From positions 310,001 through 374,000 of the forward strand of contig JAIVFI010000019.1 in the NCBI GenBank assembly GCA_025558095.1: DNA of 64,000 nucleotides, in the 5' to 3' direction. This document shows, in pieces, positions 34,976 through 46,277 of this stretch. The DNA is from Hyaloraphidium curvatum SAG 235-1. Lineage: Eukaryota > Fungi > Monoblepharomycota. How positions within the stretch are numbered: the stretch's first letter is position 1; each line of letters starts with the position of its first letter. A program made the translations under genes and the position numbers. The notes beneath the pieces were generated by a model, which was not told the origin of the DNA, ran no database searches, and worked only from the letters and a program-made list of their open reading frames with translations.

Positions 34976-37900
34976 ATGAGCTCCCTGCAGCACTACGTCG
35001 CGGCAAAGGCCGCCGGCGGCGTGCTCGGCCAGCAGGGCGCCTCGGATGCCGGAGCCGGGCTGCCCCCGCGCTTCGGCGCTGCACCCTCGGCCGCGACGCT
35101 CCGCACCGACTCTGCGGGCTCCTTCGCGGTTTTCAACGACGCCGCCTTGCGGTCCGCGACCCCGGGCGCGAGGATGCTGAGGACGGATTCGGTTGCGAGC
35201 GTCGCCTCCAACGCGCACTTCAGCGAGGCACCGCGGATGATGCCCAGGACCGGCTCGGTGGCATCGATGGCCGGGCACGAAAGCAACGTCGGGTCGGTGA
35301 TACAGGAAGGGGCCGGTTTGGGGTACACAAGCGTGTTCGGCGAGGTAGAGTCATCCGCCGCCGTGAGCTGTCAAGCACGGAACTGACGCCGTCACATCTT
35401 CCTTCAATCATCCAACAAACCAACGCAGATGTTGGCGCAAGGCCCGCTCTTGAGGAGCAGCGGCGGGGGATGGAAACCGTGCCGTGCCCGGGCAGTGCTT
35501 TCGCACACGGGCGTCGGCGGCAAGCTCCTTCTCTTCAAGGACGAGAGGGCCGAGCACCCGACCGACACCTTGGACTTTGGCGACGTCGTGCGCGTGATGG
35601 CCGGCGCATCGGCCAAGTCGGGCGGGCTCCTCGGCTCGCGCAACGGAGGCTTCCGCTACGAGATCCGCATCGAGGGCTCGCTCCCGAGCGGCTTCCCTGC
35701 CCTTGCCGCGGACTCGTCGAACGCACGCGAGCAGTGGATTTCCGCCCTGGAGCTCCTCGTGCCCCGCGTGACGTCGTCGCAGGCGGCGCACCTGATGGCG
35801 TCCCGCGTGCACTACGAGCGCGGTGCCGCCCAGATGGAGAGCGAGATTGATCGACTTCGGCGCGAGACCGAGGAGCAGGCCAGGGCGTGGCAAACCCGCT
35901 ACGCCGAGCTGCAGGCCAAGTACGAGGAATCGGAGCACAAAAGGGACCGTATGGAAGGGGAGCTGCAGATCCTCCGACAGCAGCGCGCTGCCAGGCCGGC
36001 GTCCGTCATCAGCGAGCGGTCTCCGGACCTCGATGGCGTGCAGCGTACCCTGCAGGACCTCACAAACGAGGTGGCCCGCTCGCGCCAGGAGAGCCCGATC
36101 AAGGAAGCAATCCAACCGCTGCGGAAGGCTATCGTGTCGGAAGTTGGGAGCACGGTGCAACAATCGCTTTCCCAGGCAGTCAACTCGATCGTTCAGGCCG
36201 TGACAGACCTCTCAAAGAGTTCCGGAGACTCCGAAACGAAGGATCGCCTCGAGAAGCTCCAGGCAGTCATCGAGGACGGATCTGGTTCCATCCTGAGTGG
36301 TCTCGAGCAGATCCGATCCGAGCTCGCCAACTCGGGCAATAAAGGGGCGACTACGGACATGGATTTGATGATGAGCAAGCTGATGGTGCAGTTCCGAAAG
36401 GCGTTCGGCGACCTCGAGAGCAGCGTGAACGCCAAAGTGCTCGAAGATTCCAAAAGGGCGACAGACAGCGTGCAGGCCCTGGTGGCCAGCAGCAAGCAGG
36501 TCCAGGGTGACATCTCGGCCGAAGTCACGAGCCGGACGAAGGAGATGAGAGCAGCTGCCGAGGAGGCCCTCGGGTCCGTTCAGGGCAGAATCGCAGCGAT
36601 CGAAGCGGCTGTGGAGAAACTTGGACATCTGTCACGGGCGGCCCTCGAGAACTTTGCTGACCGCACTGCTGACGCATGCGGCGACAGAGTCGATAAGGCC
36701 ATCGCGCCACTTCTTGGCCCGCGCCCCGAGATCAAGGAATGTGCTGATCGCCTCGGCGACCTCACGTTGCGCATCGACACGGTGGCGACCGCAGATCACA
36801 TCGCTGGCCTTGAAGCACGGCTCACCAGCGTGCTCACCGAAACCACGGGTGCCATGGGTGCCGAGCTGTCTCGCTTGACCAGCAGCGTTGCGTCTGTCGC
36901 GGGGTACGGCGCCAACTCTCCAACGAGGGCTTCCTCGCCGGCATTCAGGAGCGCTTCGCCGACCCTTTCCCTGTTTGGCGACAAGGATGCCGCACGACTT
37001 GAAAAGTTGCGGGAGGTTGTGGAGGACGCAATCGGTGAAGCTCTCGCTGAGGACCGCAAGCGAACTTCGGCGGGCGAGAAGGCGAGCCTCGCGTTGATCA
37101 ACGACAAGCTGGCTTCCATCAAGGTACTCTTCGAGGAACAGATCCGCGCCTCTGCTGCTGCCGACAGGCGCATCTCGGAGCCTCCGAGTCCCACGCGATC
37201 GGTAAACAGCTACGGTGCAGACCGGCTTGCCAGCGACACGCGCTCGCATCTGGTTGACATCGAGGCCAAAATTGCACGTCTGGAGAAGGAGTCGAACAAG
37301 CTCCACGACATCCAGGAGGGTTGGCTGAAGCAGCTCGTGGAAAGCATGCGTCACATGCGAAAGGATGTGTCGGACCTCGCGGCATCGGAACGCACCCGCG
37401 ATCGATACCTCCAGGAGCTCAGTACGGGGGCTCGGACGGGGCTCCGCATGGGCATGGACGACGGGACCTCCGACTGGAGCGGTCCTTCGGTTGCCGAACT
37501 TGTTAGCCACCTTCGCGCGGAGCTCGGCCAGGAGATCCGATCGGCACAAATCCAGCAGCTGGCAACCAGAGCGGCAACCGAAGACGTATGCGTCGGGACC
37601 GAGACCGAAGGGCTCCAGCTCATGTTCAAGGAGGTGAAGGAGCTGGAGGAAAGGTGCAGCTACCTGACCCAGCACGTACGCGATCTTGAGGAATCGCGGG
37701 CGATCTTGGAGAAGGAAAAGGAGCAGCAGATGCTCGACCTGGCGGCCATCATCGACGCCAAGCGCATGGCATGGGCGAGCCTCCGGCAGGCCGAGGGCAG
37801 CGACTCCACGATCGCCGCGGCGCGCGACTCCACGGGCGAGGGAGAGGGACAGGGCAGCCGGTTGCGAGAGCTGCTGGAGCTCCGCGGGGCGATCCGAGGG

Positions 37901-38065
37901 GAGCTGTCGGGATCGAGGGAGTTCTTGCCCGGGCAGACCTCTCCCGGCGAGGAGACGGTCGCGTCGGCGTTGGAGCAGGCCAAGGGGCGGCAGAAGGACA
38001 GCTCGGCGGGCCGGGCAAAGCGGGTCATCAGCGGGCTTTGGACAAAGGCGTTTCCCAGCCAGTAG
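34976..38065 (+). CDS. PH-domain plus long coiled-coil protein
   Basis: Exon 1 starts MSSLQHY, intron ~35363-35428, then 878 codons. PH motifs QGPLLR..GWK, LLLFKDE, LAADSSNAREQWISAL, followed by heptad-rich segments. Confidence 0.8.
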
Positions 38066-38345
38066 TATAGTATTACGCTAAGTCAGATGTAGACGAAGTT
38101 GTTGTTGCATTCGGATCGACGCCTCAGCCGCCGGCGCCACCTCCGGCCGGCTCCGTCCACCTCCTCGTAAACAAACCGCAGTCCGAGGGCGCGCAACGCT
38201 CGCCGAGACCTTTTGTGCCTTCGATTTCAGCATATTGCCCATAAGCACATCAGTGTCGTTGAGCTCGCGAACGTAGCGACCTCGTCCCGACGGGCCTTAT
38301 CCCCTCCATCCTCTCCCATACCTCCTTCCCACACCTCCTTTCCAG

Positions 38346-38521
38346 GTGAGGTAGATGAGAGGACTGGTCCGGAGAGCCGGACGGATCCGCGAAAGTCACA
38401 GGACGAAAAAAAGCTGGATGATACAATGAGATTACTGTATTTAAGTCTCCGATGACTTCAAACGCAGCTCGACGTGCTTGGAGGAACGATCGAAGACTTT
38501 GCTAACCAGTGGTTTCTCCAG
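38346..38521 (+). ncRNA. Candidate structured RNA inside a 176-nt intron of a non-coding transcript
   Basis: CAG|GTGAGG donor, GCTAAC branch site at 38501, CAG acceptor at 38521. Two hairpins are separated by an H-box-like ACAGGA. No canonical terminal ACA. Confidence 0.3.
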
Positions 38522-38590
38522 GGCACCCTCAACCGTGTCTACAGTCTCTACACCCATGTACATAGGCACCAACACCCAATCCAGCCATGT

Positions 38591-40338
38591 TCAGAAGAGC
38601 ATCCTCCCGTGTCTCCGCGGGGGCGTCGGAGGCAGCTCCTCGTCGTCCTCTCCATCTCCCGCCCCACGGTCATCCCCCATGTCCGTCTCCCAGTACCTCG
38701 GCTGCTCCGGAACCTCGGGCTCCAAAGGCCTGGCATAGGTGGCCCCGAGCCTTTGAAAGGCAGAGTTGCCAACAGACGGCATCGGCGCGTCTCCTGCGTC
38801 CGCTTGGCCAGCGCCCCCTCTAGACACCATCAGCGCACTCCCGCGAGGCACTCCTCGGTCGCCGTTCCCCGTGTTTGGCACACTCTCTGCCCGCAGGAAG
38901 ATCGGTGAACTGCCCATTTTGGCAAGCCACTGAAAATCACTCACGATTGTGGTCCGCGGACGGATTCCCCACGGCCGGCTCGCGCGCGGAATGTCCCACG
39001 GAGCCGAACGGTTGCTCGTTGAAGCTTGCAGGCGGTGGAGCGCCCTGCGTGTTGTTTGCCGTCGCAGGGCGTGCGTTCTTGTTCGCAGTTGCCCTCTCCG
39101 ACGCCCTGTTTGTCGGCTGGGCACCGGTTGCCGGTTCCTCGTCGTCGTTGACGATCGTGGCCATCACGAAATCTGCAATGTAGAGGTTCTCCTCCGTGAC
39201 TGTGAAGATCATGGGGCTGTTCAAGGACAGTGAGCGAGTCTGATCCGACGAAGCGTTGCAAATCCAACCTTCCACCCGCGTCAAAGTAAATCGAGATGGC
39301 CTGCTCCACAAGGTCGCCAAACTGCAGCACGCCCTAGTGTTGCTCATGAGACATGAGGTGGAAGCCAAAGGGAGCGAGCATACCTTGAGCTCCTTGAAGT
39401 TGACAGTCAGTTCGACGTCGTTTGCGACATGGAACGTTTCAAAGTCCCCTGGCACAAGATTCACCTCCGTCTTGAGCTCCCGCTTCAAGATGTCTGGTCG
39501 TTCCCGACGAGCTTAGCTATGCTGCCGGAAAGGGAGTGGCCGCTCTTACCGCTATCGACGCCCCATTCGTTGAAGCTGACGAGCCTGGCGTGGTTCGGTC
39601 CACAGCTGAGCGTCACTTCCTCCAAACGATTGTGGAAGTGACCGAGCAAATCCTTCACGAATCTCGAGGACCCCTTGAGCTGGTGCGGCGCAGCTTGCTT
39701 GGAGTAGACGGCATGGATAGCTTCCACGGCTTCGTAGTGCAGACGGTGCGTCTTCAGAACGCCTGCCCGGGGCTTGAGCGCCATATGCTAAGCAGCAAAG
39801 CAAAGTGCTCACCGTTCGTGCAGCGCAGCTGGACCACGATCCGATCGGCATCCGGTCCGGAGGTGTGCACCTTAACCAGACAATCCTGCACGTTCCGGTC
39901 CATGTTCCGGGCCCGGAAAATGCTCAGGAGCGACTATCGCATATTGGAAATCGCTGAGCATCGACCGGACTGTTGCAAGACGGATGTCCAACCTTCAGCA
40001 GCAACGAGCAGCAGGGCACGTCGCCGCGCTCAACCTTGTACTTGACGAAGAAGCGGGGAAGAAGGTGGAACATGGCAAAGGCGGACTTGGAAGAGTTCAC
40101 GGCTGACATTTTCAGCTGGTGCGAGTGTCAATGTCGTGGCCACTGAAGCGGAACCAACTACGTGCAACGAACCCGGTCCGGCTTCGGTTCCAGGTTCAGC
40201 TTGTCTCCGATTCTCGACAAGGCGCCGAGGAACTTTGCGAACTCTGGGGCCCGCAGGCGAACATGAGCGAAGGGTGCGGGCACAGTCTCCGATGGCCCCA
40301 CGCCTGAGGGCCTGCTGGCCCGAGATGGTGAACTCCAT
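38591..40338 (-). CDS. RAD9: 9-1-1 checkpoint clamp subunit Rad9 (Ddc1 family)
   Basis: FAKFLGALSRIGDKL, SAVNSSKSAFAMF, GVLKTHRLHYE, LKTEVNL...DF, ELTVNFKELK, IYFDAGG.PMIF, ADFVMATI, C-terminal ELPPTP. Confidence 0.92.
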
Positions 40339-40447
40339 CGACAGCGACGCCCGGCACTCGTCGCGGCAGAGCACGTCCGATGAGAGCGAGAGAACAAGTG
40401 CAATGCGGGACTCCGATCCCACCGGCTGCCGGCGATCAATCAGAACA

Positions 40448-41491
40448 ATGGCGGACGAAAGCGCAGCGGAAACGGCGCATCGCAGTCCATTGGGGACTCA
40501 AGAGTACTGGGATGAGATCTACAGGCGCGATCGGGCCAACTTCGATGACCACGGCGACGCGGGAGAGGTGTGGTGGGTCCCCATGCCGCTACCTCACGGA
40601 TGTACCTTCTCAAGCCGACATGGTAGGTTCGGCGAGGATTCGGTGGACAAGATGGTCCAATGGGTCCGTTGCCGACTTGTTTCCTTGTCACCTGTGCCAT
40701 GGGCTGACATGCTCTGGGCCAGGTCGTTGGCAAGGTAGAGGACAAGACAGCGCGAATCTTGGACGTCGGCTGTGGGAACGGACACTTGCTTTTTGCCCTG
40801 GTGAGACGTTTTGGACGGAATCCAGTGCTCGTTGTGACAGTCATGGGAGGCCGAAGAAGGGTACTCGAATCTTGTCGGCGTTGACTACTCGGCAGACGCA
40901 GTCGAGCTCTCGCGCACCGTTGCGGAAGCTGAAGGGCATGAGAGCACGTCATTTTCCGTAATGGACGTCACGGACGTGTCTGGGATCCCTGCAGAAATGG
41001 TGGGCTCCTTCGATTTGGCTGTCGACAAGGGCACCTTCGACGGTGGGGCGCCTCCGCGCCACGTCTATCGTTGGTCTCACCCTCCCTCCAGCAATCACAC
41101 TCGCCAAGAGTGAGAACACCGAGAAATCACCAACCGCGCGGTAAGCATAGCCAGCATCAAGTACCGATTGGCTGGCTCAGAATCATGACAGATACCAGCA
41201 CACGGTTTTGCGGCTCCTGAAGCACGATGGGCTTCTTCTGATAACTTCTTGCAACTGGACGCAAGATGAGCTCGTGGCGGAATTCGAAAAGCGTGAGGCC
41301 TCGGCCCATTGCTTTCGGCAGCCTCCCCTACTGACGGGTTTCCAAGACTTTGCGTACCATAGCCATGTCAAGTACCCGTCGTTCAAGTTTGGCGGCGTCC
41401 AAGGGCAAACAATCAGGTGAGCCGGATGGCGTCTCGCGTGGGCACATCTCACGGCTTGGGTTCAAGTACGGTCGCATTCAAGAAACGATGA
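40448..41491 (+). CDS. EFM4: EEF1A lysine methyltransferase 2 (Efm4/METTL10)
   Basis: LGTQEYWDEIY, HGDAGEVWFGE, ILDVGCGNGHLL, GVDYS, DKGTFDAI, LITSCNWTQDEL, YPSFKFGG. Confidence 0.94.
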
Positions 41492-41503
41492 TTCTCACGC
41501 CCT

Positions 41504-44104
41504 CTACACAAACTCCGACGCGTGGACCCCCATTTCCGAGTCACTGTCCTCGGCAATGGTTTCTTTCAGTTCACGGATTTTCGATTGCGCGAAGCGGCTT
41601 CCCCGTCGCTCGGCCTGCGAACATCGTGATCATATCAACATCAGAGGTTACGGGGAAAGCACACGTGCGACGCTACCTCCATGTAGACCTGCGTCGCCTT
41701 CTCCAGGTCGCCCTGCCCTTCCCAAAATGCAGCAAGGTGGAGGTACGCGTCCATGTGGCCCTTGCTAGCACTGCGCTTGTACCATTGTACCGCAGCCCTC
41801 AAGTCTACCTTGGTTCCGAGACCCAGCTCGTGCATGCGCCCCAACCGATCCATGCCTTCCACATTGTCTGCGGACGCAGCCGCCTGGTACAGGGCCAGGG
41901 CCCTTGACTGATCCCGAGGGACGCCCCGCCCCGTGCAGAACATGTCTCCCAACCGGACCTGCGCGCTAGCCACTCCACGATCGGAGGCCTTCTGGAGGTA
42001 GCGAAGGGCAACCTTGGGGTCCTTGCGCGCAATAGATCCGTTGGTGTCTTCGAGATAGCCTACGCCATCCATGATGGACCCCAGGTGGTAGTAGGCCTCG
42101 CTGGATCCCTTGGATGCGGCCACGTGCAGGTACTGGAGGGCCTGCTCGAATTGCTCCTGGGATGCGTGTCAAGCAGGGTGTTGACCGCTGGGCCGTTTTG
42201 CACCTCACCTCCTGGAGCAGGAGCCTTCCGAGATTGCAGTAGGCACTTTCCAGCCCCGCGATCTCTGCTGCCGCCCTATAGTAGTGCTTTGCGGACGAGA
42301 AGTCCCGCTGCACGCCTATTTGGCACTCGTAGCAGACGCCAAGGTTGTTGGCCGCTTCTGCATCCCCCTGCGCCGCTGCTCTGCGGAAGCACTGCACTGC
42401 TTGAGCGTGGTCCTGATCCAGAGCACGACCATGGAAGTGCATTGTTCCGCTGTGACGTACGATCAGCACAGCGAATCAAATCGTCCTTGAGCCACTCACA
42501 GGGCATTCTCTGCTTGGGCTGAACCCCGTTCTGCTGCAGCACGGAACAGATCCAAGGCTGCTTTGTAGTCTCCGACAAGCTCCTTCATGCGACCCATTCT
42601 GAACATTGCCTCGGCATGGCCAAGACCGGCTGCCGACCGGTAATAGTCCTCGGCCAGAGCCTTGTTCTCGCCGACGGTGGTCCCTGTTTCGTACAGCTTG
42701 CCCAGGCGCAACATGGCATCCGCATTTCCCGCTTGAGCTGCTGCACGATAGTACGGAATCGCCGACGTCATGTCGCGTTCGCGGCCAAGTCCGTTCTCGT
42801 GCATGAAGCCCAGCATGAGGGCCGATTCGGCGAGGCCGCTCTGCGCGGCGATCATGTACCGCCGATGCGCTGCTTCATAGTTTCGCTCGAAGCCCTGCCC
42901 GAGCAGATACTTGTCTGCTTGCAAGTGGATCTTCTGGGCGTCGGTGAGGTCGAGTTCTGGGGCAAGAAATCAAGCTGTGACTCAATCCAAGACTTGGCCA
43001 CATTACCCACGATCCCAATCTGGATTGCCAGTGGCAAGGGCCAGCTTTGCCACCTGGACATAGGATTTTTCGGCCGCGGTCTGGGACGAATGTGCCAGGA
43101 CGACCGAGTGCTCAACCATCTTCCGAGCTTTTGTTAGTTCGCATCACGGAAAACCGCCGAGCCAGAAAACATACTAGGTCCATCCAGCACTTGTGGACCT
43201 CGTCGAGGATGGCAGAGAGCTTGGCGCGCTTCGAGCGCAATGACGAGAAAGAAAGCCGCGCGTGCTGCCATTTGGTCAGCTTCGTGCTGGTCGTCGTCAG
43301 GTGAGATTGGATCTCGGAGAGGATTAGCTGGGCAGCGACGGCCCATGCCTCCGGAGTAACTTCGGCCTTCCGATTGGCGGCCACCGAAGACTCAGCGCCG
43401 TCGATGAGTCGCTCGAGGACACCGCGGTGTCGAATAAAGGCGGCCTGAGCAAACCTGGGTTAGCTGTCTTGCAAATCTCAACCCGCAGGTGCCACCTTCA
43501 GGTCCTGCACGCGCTTCAGCAGCGATCCGTCGTCCTTCAACAGCGGTCCCATCGTTTCCAGCTTCACGGCGACTTCTTGCAGAAGCCGTTCCATCTCCGC
43601 CATGGCGCTCCGCATGCGAGATATGTCCGAGGGTGGGGTTGCGGCAGAGGCCGCAGAGGCACTCGGCGGAGGCGGCAGTGCAGGTGAAGTCGCATACTGC
43701 GTGATTGCTGCGACCGGAGGGGGAGCGGAAGCGGGCTGTAGCGGCACTTGCAGGGTGAGAGCGGGAGCGCTCCGGGCCGGCGACTCCGACAGCGTCCTCC
43801 AGCTCCCCATCTGCGGAATCGGCACAGCGGGTGGCTTGAGCGCCTGATCCTGCACTTGCGGTACGTTGGTTATGAACGGATTCGAGGCCGGACAAAAGTC
43901 GACGACGGAGCTGTCCGCGGCGCTAGTGCCGGCGGCAGCGCCTTCGAAGGGAGCAGGCTGCCTCGCGAGCGATGTAGAGTCCGGGATGGAGCGCAATTTA
44001 GTCGAAAATCGACGCTCGGGAGCCATCGCAGCTTCGTTCCCGTCCACCAGTGTGCGCGTCGTGGGCGGCGTGAAGGGCGTCACGGGACTCGGCGGGTGCG
44101 CCAT
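41504..44104 (-). CDS. Sel1-like repeat protein with N-terminal Pro-rich and helical region
   Basis: Repeated ALMLGFMHENGLG, AMLRLGKLYETG, AANNLGVCYE, AQVRLGDMFCTGRG, AVQWYKRSA units; multi-exon. Confidence 0.85.
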
Positions 44105-44336
44105 CGCCGCTTGTGGCCTCTCCGACCCGCGCGGCCCGCCAGGGAGCCACGATGCGCCCGAACTGCAGAGCACGGACTGAGGCGGGCTATCCGGGGGTTC
44201 CAAGGCCAGAATTGAGCGATAATGTTGACGAGGACCGCCAGCGCGCGCAACAAGCGGCCCAGACGACTAAAACACCGCGCAATAAAAACAGACGCCAACC
44301 TTTTCCCCGCTCGCTGCGGGGCCATCGTGCCTCGAG

Positions 44337-46198
44337 ATGGTGCGTTTACAGTTTCGCATATATCTCCCTCCCTGCCGCTGACGAATCGCGACCACTGTTG
44401 CCGTGGACGCCGACTTGCGGCCTCCACCTCGCGTCCGGCTCACCTCGCCTCGGACGTCGCATCGCGCTCCCGTGGCTTCGCTGCAGCCAAACATGCACTT
44501 GCTCTTCGAGACGGCATCGGGGTACGCTCTTTTCGAGCGGTTGGAGTCCGAGGAGATTGGGCAGGACTTGGACGCGGTCCAGAAGTCGATGGTGGACCTC
44601 GCCAAGCTCGGCAAGATTGTCAAGCTCAAGTCCTTTGCGCCGTTCAAATCCGCCGCACATGCTTTGGAGAACATCAACGATGTGTCGGAAGGTCGGTTGT
44701 CTCCGTGGGCGCGGGCCGGCACGCCGGCTGACCGCCCCCTCCAAAGGCATCGTGAATGAGTTCCTGAAGTCGTTTCTGGAAATGAACCTGCCGGGAAAGA
44801 AGTCGAAGATTCAGCTGGGCGTGGGTGACAAGACGCTGGGTGGTTCCATCAAGCAGGAGCTCGGGTTCGACGTGGTTTCGAACGAGACAGTCACGGAGCT
44901 CCTGCGGGGCATCCGCCTGTTTGCGGACAAGATGCTGAAGCCGCTGAAAGACGGCGATTTGGAGAGGGCCCAGCTCGGCCTTGGCCACAGCTACTCGAGG
45001 GCCAAGGTCAAGTTCAACGTGAACAGGGCGGACAACATGATCATCCAGGCCATTTCGCTGCTGGATCAGCTGGACAAGGATATCAACACCTTCTCGATGC
45101 GCGTCAGGTGCGTGCTGAGACGCAATCGGAGAGGATCTGGCTCACGTTTTCGCTTCCGCCAGGGAGTGGTATGGGTGGCACTTTCCGGAGCTCGTCAAGA
45201 TTGTCAACGACAACTACCAGTACGCCAAGCTGGCCAAGGTGATGAGGGACAAATCTTCCCTGACGGAGGAGAGCTTGGATGAGATTGAGGAAGTCGTTGG
45301 CGACCCGGCCAAGGCCAAGCAGATCCTCGAGGCGGCCAAGAGCTCCATGGGCCAGGATCTCTCTGAGGTGGACATGGCCAACATCGAAAGCTTCGCGGAC
45401 CGCGTCATTTCCCTGGCGGACTACCGGAAGAAGCTGCACGGCTACCTCGTTTCGAAGATGCACGTCGTGGCGCCGAACCTGTCAGCGCTGATCGGCGAAG
45501 TCGTCGGCGCCAGGCTCATTTCCCACGCGGGATCCCTGACGAATCTTTCCAAGTACCCGGCATCAACGGTCCAGATTCTGGGGGCGGAGAAGGCGCTCTT
45601 CAGGTCGGTACGGACTCAGTCGCTGGCAGGCGTGGACTAATGTTCGCGTTACAGGGCGCTGAAGACCAAGGGGAACACGCCGAAATATGGCCTGATCTAC
45701 CATTCGACATTCATTGGCCGGGCCGGTGCCAAGAACAAGGGTCGGATATCGCGGTTCCTTGCAAACAAGTGCTCGATCGCGTCACGCATCGATTGCTTCC
45801 AGGGTGGGTTGGCTTTGGTGGCGGCGTTGTTGGATCGGGCGTCTTCTGACGAGAGAGCAGAATCACAAACCAACAAATTCGGTGAGGCGTTGAAGGACCA
45901 GGTGGAGGAGCGGCTCCAGTTCTATGAGACCGGCGCTGCCCCGAGGAAGAATTCGGACGTGATGAAGAAGGTGCTGGAGAGCACCGGCGTGGCCATGGAC
46001 ATTGACGAGGATTCCGACGACGCTGGGGAGAAAGTGCGTTCGAAGAAGGAGGGGAAGAAGAGGAAGAGTGAGGCTGCCGACGACGAGGAGGAGCGGAAGC
46101 GGCGAAAAGCCGAGCGCAAGCTCAAGAAGAAGCTGAAAAAGGAGCGGCGCAAGTCGAAGAAGGACAAATCCGACTCCGACAGCAGCTCTTCGTCTTGA
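44337..46198 (+). CDS. NOP56: Box C/D snoRNP protein Nop56
   Basis: [71 protein letters not shown]-rich tail. Start at 44337 (ATG-only exon) or 44493. Confidence 0.96.
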
Positions 46199-46277
46199 TG
46201 GCGTGGTATTGGACAGCATGTACACATGATATGAACAAATCTCTGTCGTTGAATCAAAATCAATCGTCAAAACGAAT

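Noticed and set aside
38350-38410. GATGAG...GAAA resembling a hammerhead core, or a TPP riboswitch
   Set aside because: Lacks CTGANGA with proper stems and lacks the TPP CTGAGA/GATAA..GCG motifs.
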